Assembly (NCBI GenBank): GCA_019056805.1
Contig: DXJG01000002.1
Location: 166,907 to 198,906 of the forward strand
Source of the DNA: Candidatus Baldrarchaeota archaeon
Lineage (GTDB): Archaea > Asgardarchaeota > Baldrarchaeia > Baldrarchaeales > DXJG01
Reading direction: 5' to 3'
Length of the DNA: 32,000 bases
Part shown: positions 1 through 7,764 of the stretch, one piece after another
How the letters are laid out: every line of letters begins with the position of its first letter
Numbering within the stretch: position 1 is the first letter of the stretch
The notes under the pieces: model-generated
The model's database searches: none
What the model was told of the DNA's origin: nothing
What the model saw: only the letters and a program-made list of their open reading frames with translations
Position numbers and translations under genes: made by a program

Positions 1-1
1 G

Positions 2-253
2 AAAACTAAGGTCGAAGAAATAATGTCATCCCCGCTTATAACAGGTTCCCCTGACATGACTCTAGAAGATGCTGCTAAACTTTTGGTTTTAAAAAGAATT
101 AAAAAACTTCCAATAGTTGAAAAAGGAAAGTTAATAGGCATTATAACACTTTTTGACATTGTTAGATGGGAGCCTCTAGCAGTCAACATTTTAAAGAAAG
201 CTTTAGCAGCAGAAAAACTACCTCCACATATGAAGAAATTTCTGAAAGAATAA
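2..253 (+). CDS. CBS-domain protein (5' truncated by window edge)
   Basis: Frame is open from nt 2 (KTKVEEIMSSPLIT...). It has the CBS pattern V..IM..PLIT..PD.TL.DA..L......LPIV..GKL.GIIT..DI. Confidence 0.85.
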   Translation, partial: KTKVEEIMSSPLITGSPDMTLEDAAKLLVLKRIKKLPIVEKGKLIGIITLFDIVRWEPLAVNILKKALAAEKLPPHMKKFLKE

Positions 254-271
254 TCATTTGAGAGTGATCAT

Positions 272-775
272 ATGCCTCTCATACCATACAAAAATAGATC
301 ACCTAACATAGATAAAGCGATTTTCATCGCATCTAATGCAACTCTCGTTGGACAGGTTACCTTAATGCGTGGAGTTAGCATCTGGTTTGGAGCGGTGCTT
401 AAAGGCGATAGTAAGGAGGTTTTCATAGATGAAAATTCTGCGGTTCTTGAAAACTGCTTTGTCGAAGGATCTACTATAGGAAAAGAATCGCTAATTAGTC
501 ATGGAGCAATTTTACATTCATGCAACATAGGAAATAACGTCCTAGTTGGTATAGGTGCTATCATCCTGGACAATGTTAAAATATGTGACAACAGCATAGT
601 TGCTGCTGGTTCGGTAATTCCACCTGGAATCAAAGTTGCAGAGGGCACCGTAGTTGCTGGTGTACCTGCGAAAACCATTAGAAAAGTAAAGGAAGAAGAC
701 ATCACTAACATTAAAAACTCGCTAAAAACTATTAGGGAGAAAGCATTAGTATATAGTAGAGTTCTGAATATTTAG
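272..775 (+). CDS. gamma-carbonic-anhydrase-like hexapeptide-repeat (left-handed beta-helix) protein
   Basis: Motifs FIA.NAT.VGQV, SIWFGAVLKGD, ISHGAILHSC and VVAGVPAK, plus I/V-G hexapeptide repeats. Confidence 0.85.
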   Translation: MPLIPYKNRSPNIDKAIFIASNATLVGQVTLMRGVSIWFGAVLKGDSKEVFIDENSAVLENCFVEGSTIGKESLISHGAILHSCNIGNNVLVGIGAIILDNVKICDNSIVAAGSVIPPGIKVAEGTVVAGVPAKTIRKVKEEDITNIKNSLKTIREKALVYSRVLNI

Positions 776-789
776 GAGGTGGAAATTAA

Positions 790-1311
790 ATGGATATATT
801 TGAATGTATTAAGGGGAGAAGAAGTATCCGCGCGTTTACATCTGATCCAGTAAGAGAAGAAGACCTTAAAAAAATCTTAGAAGCTGCTATATATGCTCCT
901 AGTGCAGGTAATCTTCAAAGCTGGGAATTTGTCATAGTTCGAGATAAGGATAGAAAGCTTCAATTAGCTCGAGCAGCATTAAACCAGACATTTATTGCTG
1001 AAGCACCTGTAGTAATAGTAGTTTGTGCAAATCTTGCAAGGTCGGGTAGAATTTATGGCGAACGAGGACGAACCCTCTACTGTATTCAGGATACAGCAGC
1101 AGCCATTCAAAACATCCTACTCACAGCTTATGCTCTTGGTTATGGTACATGTTGGGTTGGCGCCTTTAGAGAGGAGGATGCTAGCAAAATATTAAAATTA
1201 CCGCCAGATGTTCGGCCTGTTGCAATCATTCCAATTGGAAGACCAGCTGAAAGACCTGCTCCAAGACCGAGAATGCCGCTGGACAAAGTTGTACACTACG
1301 AAGTATTTTGA
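790..1311 (+). CDS. nitroreductase family protein
   Basis: Motifs [19 protein letters not shown] and [11 protein letters not shown]; GGAGG SD upstream. Confidence 0.92.
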   Translation: MDIFECIKGRRSIRAFTSDPVREEDLKKILEAAIYAPSAGNLQSWEFVIVRDKDRKLQLARAALNQTFIAEAPVVIVVCANLARSGRIYGERGRTLYCIQDTAAAIQNILLTAYALGYGTCWVGAFREEDASKILKLPPDVRPVAIIPIGRPAERPAPRPRMPLDKVVHYEVF

Positions 1312-1398
1312 GAAAATTAATCATTCAATTACATGCAATCTAAGTAAAATATTATTTATTTTATGAATTAAAAAGGTAAGATTCAAGGTTAACAAGTT

Positions 1399-2088
1399 TT
1401 ATCTTACTTTAATTGCTACTATTCTAACGAATTCAGCTGTGTCTTCGCTAAAATCTGCAATATTTTCAATGCATTCTATAAATGTGTGAAGGGTTATTGC
1501 GTTAAAAGGAGTTTTTAAATAATCCCATGACATCTTTAAGAGATGTTTTCTCACATTCATATGGCTTTCATCTACAACATGCTCTAAACGGTCAACTGCG
1601 TCAGCATATTTGATTATTGTTTCTACAGGATCTTTGCCGAGCCTAATAATCATTTCGTACATCTTATCTACGCAATTAACAACATCCTTTATCATTTTCA
1701 GGAGTTTTTCCTTAAATTCTGCATCTCCGGTAATTATACTTTCATCTAAAAGGTTTAAACGCCTTGCAGCAGCATTTGCAAAATTAGCTACACTATCTAA
1801 TCTTTTAGCAAGATGTGCAAGGTCTTCTCTATGGGCGGAAACTAACGCTCCTTCAGTTAATATTACCATGATTCTTTTTCTAATACTATCAGCTTCACTT
1901 TCAATTTCCGATATTCTTCTAATTCCGAGTTTTGCTTCATCTACTTTTCCATCGCTAAAAAGCTTAATTACTTTTTCCAATTCTAGTACGCAATCATAAA
2001 CCTTTCTAGCATGATCTCTTAGCAATGTTATGATTTTTGCTTCTCTCCTTCCCTTAAGCCATTCCAACAAGCCTGAACTCAATAGCAT
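1399..2088 (-). CDS. DUF47 / PhoU-like helical protein
   Basis: Duplicated E.EAD...  and LE..VD helical repeats, REDL..L...LD.VA, and C-terminal IENIADFSEDTA. Confidence 0.85.
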   Translation of the reverse strand: MLLSSGLLEWLKGRREAKIITLLRDHARKVYDCVLELEKVIKLFSDGKVDEAKLGIRRISEIESEADSIRKRIMVILTEGALVSAHREDLAHLAKRLDSVANFANAAARRLNLLDESIITGDAEFKEKLLKMIKDVVNCVDKMYEMIIRLGKDPVETIIKYADAVDRLEHVVDESHMNVRKHLLKMSWDYLKTPFNAITLHTFIECIENIADFSEDTAEFVRIVAIKVR

Positions 2089-2170
2089 TCACCATACATG
2101 ATTTAAATAATATCTTACGTATACTTTCTTTTTTAAAAGTGTTGGTAAACTATATGTAAAGGGTTAGGCA

Positions 2171-2560
2171 CTACTTTAAGTGACCATATTCTTCTAAAAA
2201 TTCTAACGCTGCCTCTGATAGATTTTCCTGTACAAAATTTACACCTTTCTGAGTTAAATGAGCTCTTACATAAATGGGACCAATAGAAAGCAGCTTTATA
2301 TATCCTTGCTTTTTTAACTTCCTAAGCGAAGTCATAACTAAATTAGTCATTTCCTGATCATTTAACATAGGTTTCCCATCTGGTAACTGAAACATAGAAA
2401 CATGACGTAAAACACGTTTAATACTTGGAAGATAACGCTTTTTGCCTTCATAAGGACTAGCATAAAGCCACAACAATATTATAATATCCACTAATACAAG
2501 TTCAGGATCCAGATTACGGATTCTTTCTATTTTTCGTGCCAATAATTCAACAACAGGCAT
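2171..2560 (-). CDS. hypothetical winged-helix-like protein
   Basis: Likely start is the ATG at 2560 (MPVVELL..., 129 aa). The C-terminal SLRKLKKQGYIKL...AHLTQKG pattern resembles a wHTH wing. Confidence 0.6.
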   Translation of the reverse strand: MPVVELLARKIERIRNLDPELVLVDIIILLWLYASPYEGKKRYLPSIKRVLRHVSMFQLPDGKPMLNDQEMTNLVMTSLRKLKKQGYIKLLSIGPIYVRAHLTQKGVNFVQENLSEAALEFLEEYGHLK

Positions 2561-2710
2561 TCTAACCACAAGCTTTATGTGAGCAACTAAAATTGCACTG
2601 TTTAACATAAAAGGATTAAGTATTTGTAAATTTTTCTTAATACAAAAAATCTTCCATGAGTTTTTCATATTTTTCTCTATTTAATAAGCAAAAGGATTCA
2701 ATGCAAAAAG

Positions 2711-3496
2711 CTACAAGTCTCCTACCCAGAGGAAATAACCCGGTTTTGGTTCTACAAGCAGTCCCTCTAAAAAAAGCTTTCTCATTGCTTCTTCGATTTC
2801 TTCCAAAGCGAAACCTTCACTTGTTAAAGTTTCGGTTAACTCTGCATAACTCGTTGGCTCTTTTCTTTCTCTTAAGATGCTAGCTATTATTTTTCGCAGG
2901 TCTTTCATTTGATATAGTGACTTTTTCTCTCGTAGATGTTTTGTTTTAGGCGTATATCCTTCCACATCTTCTTCACCTATATATTGTAGAAGCCATGGTC
3001 TCGGGAAAATTACCGTCCCCTCTTTTGCAAGTAACTCTAACTGTTCCCTAACCCAATCCCATTCCAAACCATACTTTTTACATAATTTTCCTAATTCATC
3101 AATATTTATTGGATTTGAACATTCTTTCTTTAACATAACAATCATTCTTCTAGCCTTAGATAAACTTACGCTTGTTTCTTCTTCAGGTAATGTTTCAGAG
3201 GTTTGCTCTATCTCTTCAATTAAGTCTAATACCTTTTCTTTTTGAGTTTTTAAAGCCTCAAGATAGCTTTTCTCTCCTCCTTTCAAATTATATCTTTTTA
3301 CAAGGAGGGATGCCCGTTTAGCATCATCAGTAATAACAGCGGTCCTAGGATCTATTCGAATAATTTTGCCACAAAAACTACATAACCTAGTTTTTTGCCC
3401 TAAAGGAGCATACGTAAACTTACCACAAACAGGGCATCTAAAAACAACAAATTTCTTTCTCACAGAATCGCCTCGCAAAGGTATTTTCATAATCAA
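2711..3496 (-). CDS. DUF1922-like zinc ribbon plus two winged-helix-like domains
   Basis: N-terminal FRCPVCG..TYA....KTRLCSFCG, followed by two repeats ending L..EG.(V/L).(F/E)P(R/K)P(W/G). Confidence 0.65.
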   Translation of the reverse strand: MIMKIPLRGDSVRKKFVVFRCPVCGKFTYAPLGQKTRLCSFCGKIIRIDPRTAVITDDAKRASLLVKRYNLKGGEKSYLEALKTQKEKVLDLIEEIEQTSETLPEEETSVSLSKARRMIVMLKKECSNPINIDELGKLCKKYGLEWDWVREQLELLAKEGTVIFPRPWLLQYIGEEDVEGYTPKTKHLREKKSLYQMKDLRKIIASILRERKEPTSYAELTETLTSEGFALEEIEEAMRKLFLEGLLVEPKPGYFLWVGDL

Positions 3497-3582
3497 ATAA
3501 GTTATATGCTATTTTATCTCACTTTACATAGACATCTAGATTTAATATATCAACATTTCCTAAAAATATTGAGGGAACAATT

Positions 3583-4125
3583 TTGAAAACAGAAGAAACA
3601 GAAGAAGAAATTAAAACATTAGCAGACCTGAAAAAATACCTAGAAGATGAATTAGAAAAAAGAAGAAAAGAAATACAACAATTAGAAAAATTTCTTATAG
3701 TTGTTAATACCATGTTAGCGAAACATAGCTTTAAACCCGCAGTAACACTTATAGAAGAGAAAAAAGAACCAACAAAAAAAGAACTAACCTTAAAATCAAA
3801 AAGTGGGAAAACCCTAGCTTACATGAAAATATATCCAACAACAATTAAAATAACAATTCCTGAAAGTTTGAAGGTAAGTCCAAAATCTCCACCTTTTAAA
3901 TCCTTCTTTATAGGGCAAATATTGAGAAAAATGCAGCAAGAAGATCTTGAACTTGTAAAAGAAAGAAAAATACCTAGCGGGAAAGCCTTAGAATATAGAA
4001 TAGAAATTTCAGACGGAAATGTCAAGGAAATTGTTATCAAAAATTATAGAGATGAGGAAAGGTTGAAGGAAATAGAAAGAACAATAAAATGGACACTAGA
4101 AACTATACTTGAGAAAACTAAGTAG
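3583..4125 (+). CDS. hypothetical protein with N-terminal coiled coil
   Basis: 180-aa ORF with a TTG start behind GAGGGA, an E/K-rich heptad N-terminus and codon style typical of this window. Confidence 0.7.
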   Translation: MKTEETEEEIKTLADLKKYLEDELEKRRKEIQQLEKFLIVVNTMLAKHSFKPAVTLIEEKKEPTKKELTLKSKSGKTLAYMKIYPTTIKITIPESLKVSPKSPPFKSFFIGQILRKMQQEDLELVKERKIPSGKALEYRIEISDGNVKEIVIKNYRDEERLKEIERTIKWTLETILEKTK

Positions 4126-4183
4126 TTAAATAAATAATTAACATTTAATAAAGGTAGTTTATGCGATATCTGTCAGTCCACGG

Positions 4184-4477
4184 CTAATCTTGGTAAGTTT
4201 TTACTTCCTCGACAAGCACCCTGCCTGCGACGACTTGGTCAATGGAGTGAATACTTGCACCTAACTTCTCTAGTTCTTGTCTTATTAATTCGTAGTCTAA
4301 ACTGGTTCCTTCAATAGTTATTTTTACGTTTTCGGTGTCTGCATCAACTTCTATAAGAGAAATATTTACTCCTTCAACCCCTGGTAACTTTGCAAGATTC
4401 TCTGCAAGCTCAGGAGCGATAGGACGGTGAGGCTTTAAAACATCAAGTACAAGCCTTTTAATTCCCAAGCTTCCCAT
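4184..4477 (-). CDS. DUF211 family protein
   Basis: Motifs IKRLVLDVLKPH, GVEGVNI...EVD and GASIHSIDQVVAG; GGAGG SD upstream. Confidence 0.9.
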   Translation of the reverse strand: MGSLGIKRLVLDVLKPHRPIAPELAENLAKLPGVEGVNISLIEVDADTENVKITIEGTSLDYELIRQELEKLGASIHSIDQVVAGRVLVEEVKTYQD

Positions 4478-4667
4478 ATTTTTTCAAGACCTCCATCTAA
4501 ACATCGTATGCACTTACTTTTAAATATAACGTGAACTACACTAAAATACCACAAATCCTCAGAAATTCTTGAGTTCTTCATCAACAACTGGAAAGACCAG
4601 CTGACACGCTTAACAATATTCAAATGTACTTCAGTGACAATAAAATATATGGGTAAGGTGTAAAGTG

Positions 4668-5336
4668 ATGCGTAAAGCCACAGCAGAAACATATATCAAA
4701 AAACTGCTAAAAACTGAAAATGGGAAAAAAATAGGAGAAATATTACGAGAACAATACGAAAAATGGAAACGGACTCTTGAGTTAAAGGACTTTCACCACT
4801 TCATTCAGCTAATATGGAAGAAATATGAAAAAGAAATTATGAAAATACTTAAAGGAGAAATACAACTCATTGGACAATTCAGAGCGTTTGCTTTCGAAGA
4901 ATATGTTCATGATCTTATCCTAAGAAAAACAAATCTAAAAAATCTCGGTCTAGATGTATTTTGGAACGAGCCAATAGAGGTTTGGCGGGGAATCATAATA
5001 GATCAAGGAAAAATAGTAGAAGAAACCTACACCACACAATTTGATCTAACAATAGGCAAGAGACAGGAAAATAAAACAATAATACCATTAATTGTAATAG
5101 AAACAAAGGTAGATGTAGATGCTCCAAGACTAAAAGCAGTCATGGCTAACTTTTCTCTCCTAAAAACATTGAATCCCTCCGTGTCTTGCATGTTAATATA
5201 CGTAAATTGGAACGCGAAAAAAACACTAAAACACATAGCAAAAGCGGTAATAAACAACATATACCAATTCAATCCTGAAGAAAAAGATGAAACACAAAAA
5301 TTCATTCAAGACATAAACAATTACTTAACAATCTAA
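4668..5336 (+). CDS. PD-(D/E)xK nuclease, type II restriction-endonuclease-like
   Basis: Order of motifs AFEEYV ... QFDLTIG ... VIETK matches the E...PD...(D/E)xK catalytic layout. No specific family recognised. Confidence 0.6.
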   Translation: MRKATAETYIKKLLKTENGKKIGEILREQYEKWKRTLELKDFHHFIQLIWKKYEKEIMKILKGEIQLIGQFRAFAFEEYVHDLILRKTNLKNLGLDVFWNEPIEVWRGIIIDQGKIVEETYTTQFDLTIGKRQENKTIIPLIVIETKVDVDAPRLKAVMANFSLLKTLNPSVSCMLIYVNWNAKKTLKHIAKAVINNIYQFNPEEKDETQKFIQDINNYLTI

Positions 5337-5420
5337 CAAAGTGCAACAGCAAAATTTCAACTCAACAAACATCCAAATTAATGATAAAATCAATTTCCCA
5401 TAACATAAAAGTAGGATGTT

Positions 5421-5444
5421 GTCGTGAAAGCACACTTTCACGAC
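5421..5444. repeat. perfect 10-bp inverted repeat with 4-nt spacer
   Basis: GTCGTGAAAG-caca-CTTTCACGAC, read directly from the sequence. Confidence 0.9.
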
Positions 5445-5558
5445 TAGTTACTATATGATCTTCCACATAATTAAGCAATGTTTTATCATGTTTTCGGTTT
5501 TATGTTGTTTATGAAAGGTTTAAAATATGGTTGTTATCGCTGATTGATGGTGCTTTGG

Positions 5559-6914
5559 ATGTCAGAACTAAAGTTACCTAAAAGATACGAGTACATAGTT
5601 TCTGTTTTATCTAGGGTTGAAAGGAGAAGAATTCCTCTCAAATCTGGGTTGGAAGATATTTTTTCAGAAGAATCTGTGGATTGGAGAGTTCGTAGCACCG
5701 TTACTGCTCATGTACTTGGAATTTTACGCAACTTTAGATTGATTGACCAAGCTATTAATTTAACCTTGAAAAAAGGATCTATTCATATGTTTAAACCTGA
5801 ACTTAAGAATATTTTGAGAGTTGCAGTTTACGATATTCATATTAGACGAGCAGTCCCAGCTAAAACCGCAACTATGGTTGCGGTTAATTTAGCAAAGAAG
5901 ATGCTTGGTGATAGCATTGCTCGTTTAGTTAATGCATTATTAAGGCAGATAGAGAATTTTGAAATAGAAAAGGTTTTGGAGAGAGAAGATAAAGCTGAGG
6001 TTTTGGCGTTAAAATATTCTCATCCTACTTGGTTTGTCCGCTATATAATCGAACTATTGGGCGAAGAAGAGGCTATAAAACTTCTAAGTACAAACAACTC
6101 TCCTGCACCAGTTTGGCTACGTGTAAACACATTAAAAACAGAAAGAGATAGGTTAATAAAGGTTTTAGAAAGAGAAGGTACGAAAGTTACCCTGGACTCT
6201 GATCTTCCAGATGTACTCAAGGTTATTGAAAGTAGAAAACCACCAGTTAGATTATCTAGTTTTTCTAAGGGCCTTTTCTATATTCAAGATAAAGCTTCCG
6301 TGCTTGCAGGACATGTCTTAAACCCTAAACCTGGTGAACTTATTGTTGACGTGTGTGCAGCTCCAGGTGGCAAAACTTCACATATTGCTCAGTTGATGGA
6401 AAATGAAGGTAAAATTATAGCAATTGACATATCGAGGCTTAGAATAAGAGCTCTTAAAAATAACATGAAAAGACTTGGTGTAAAAATTGTAGAAACCAAA
6501 GTTATGGATGCAAGAAAAATTCCCGAAAAACTTAAGGTAGAAGCTGATCGCGTAATTGTTGACCCGAGCTGTTCTTCTACTGGAAACTTCCGTTCCAGGC
6601 CTGAAGTCAGATTATGGATTAAAAAGAAAGATGTTAAACGATTTGCTAAGCTTCAATGGGAGATATTAAACGCAGCGGCGGAAATTGTAAAGGAGGGCGG
6701 AACACTGATGTATTCTACTTGTTCTTTAACATTAGAGGAAAATGAACATTTAATTAAAAGATTTTTAGACGAGAAGAATACATTTAAGATTACTAAAGCA
6801 GAACCCTTTATCGGAAATCCCGGATTCAGCGATTTAACAGATACACAAAGACTTTTCCCACATATACACGATACAGAAGGATTCTTCATAGCTAAACTTA
6901 TTAAAATGGGATAA
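5559..6914 (+). CDS. NusB-domain RsmB/NOP2/Sun family RNA m5C methyltransferase
   Basis: N-terminal NusB-like region (LRVAVYDI...VNALLR), YSHPTW, FYIQDKAS, DVCAAPGGKT, VDPSCSSTG and YSTCSL. Likely start is the ATG at 5559. Confidence 0.93.
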   Translation: MSELKLPKRYEYIVSVLSRVERRRIPLKSGLEDIFSEESVDWRVRSTVTAHVLGILRNFRLIDQAINLTLKKGSIHMFKPELKNILRVAVYDIHIRRAVPAKTATMVAVNLAKKMLGDSIARLVNALLRQIENFEIEKVLEREDKAEVLALKYSHPTWFVRYIIELLGEEEAIKLLSTNNSPAPVWLRVNTLKTERDRLIKVLEREGTKVTLDSDLPDVLKVIESRKPPVRLSSFSKGLFYIQDKASVLAGHVLNPKPGELIVDVCAAPGGKTSHIAQLMENEGKIIAIDISRLRIRALKNNMKRLGVKIVETKVMDARKIPEKLKVEADRVIVDPSCSSTGNFRSRPEVRLWIKKKDVKRFAKLQWEILNAAAEIVKEGGTLMYSTCSLTLEENEHLIKRFLDEKNTFKITKAEPFIGNPGFSDLTDTQRLFPHIHDTEGFFIAKLIKMG

Positions 6915-6916
6915 TT

Positions 6917-7075
6917 TTAACGAATCTTATATTTTTCCCTAACCACCGGATCTCCTCTACAATTCTTGCAAAGATAAGCCTTAATTTTCTTCCCTTTTCT
7001 TGTATAGATAACTATTGGTTTCTCTCTCTTATCAGAAAGTATTGCACCGCATTCATAACATTTTCTCCTCGACAT
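6917..7075 (-). CDS. small zinc-finger protein, 52 aa (absent from ORF track)
   Basis: Hand translation: MSRRKCYECGAILSDKREKPIVIYTRKGKKIKAYLCKNCRGDPVVREKYKIR*. Two CxxC pairs; starts 5 bp after the KH gene stop. Confidence 0.7.
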   Translation of the reverse strand: MSRRKCYECGAILSDKREKPIVIYTRKGKKIKAYLCKNCRGDPVVREKYKIR

Positions 7076-7080
7076 CTCTC

Positions 7081-7614
7081 TCACATCCACATCTTGAATT
7101 TTTTCATTTTAATGTCTATTCTCTTGCGTTCTAATTCTTGAATCACTTTATTTTGTGGCTTTCCTCTAATAATTTTTAACAGCGCAATTCTAGCAATATC
7201 TGTATTTTCTGGTTTTCCAAGTATACCAACAGTCCCCTCTTCTTCATTTATTTTTATTCTAGTTTCTGTCAAGGCCTCTATTGCTTCTTTTACTTTTCCT
7301 TTTGTTCCAATAAGCCTTCCTAAAGTTCTCTTAAGCTTGTTTCCACTGCCAACCTCTTCTTTAACATCTATTACCTGTAATACTGCATCAGTGTCTATCA
7401 TTTGAAGTATGTCTAGTTCATCGTATCCCATGGAAATTGCTTCAACAACTTGCTTTACCTTCATAGCCACAAAGGGGTCTTCTGCCTCTATTTTAACAAC
7501 ACCACTAGGTTCCAACGTTAATGTTGTTTCCGTCCTTTCTTCTATTTTTTCCTTTAAATTCCTTAACTTTTCAATCATTTTTTCCTCTATTCTTGCATAC
7601 ATTGCAGGTGTCAT
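7081..7614 (-). CDS. KH-domain pre-rRNA processing protein (Pno1/Dim2/Krr1 family)
   Basis: Motifs KVKQVVEAISMG and GRLIGTKGKVKEAIEALT (GxxG KH loop). Confidence 0.85.
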   Translation of the reverse strand: MTPAMYARIEEKMIEKLRNLKEKIEERTETTLTLEPSGVVKIEAEDPFVAMKVKQVVEAISMGYDELDILQMIDTDAVLQVIDVKEEVGSGNKLKRTLGRLIGTKGKVKEAIEALTETRIKINEEEGTVGILGKPENTDIARIALLKIIRGKPQNKVIQELERKRIDIKMKKFKMWM

Positions 7615-7693
7615 TGCTCAGTCCTCAATTATTAGTTCTTTGAACTCTTAGAAAAATTTATTTTTGGATTTTGTGGTTTTAAGCTGGAACATG

Positions 7694-7764
7694 GGTGGCC
7701 GTGAATATGACCTTTGCACTTGAATTTAAGGACTGTGGGGGTGGTATTGGTGGCCACGGCTACC
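7694..7764 (+). promoter_or_regulatory. long G.U-rich hairpin overlapping the SD and likely start codon of tmcA/Nat10
   Basis: GGTGGCCGTG (7694-7703) pairs with CACGGCTACC (7755-7764). Inner arms 7704-7718 and 7734-7748 pair with several G.U and one mismatch. Confidence 0.45.
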
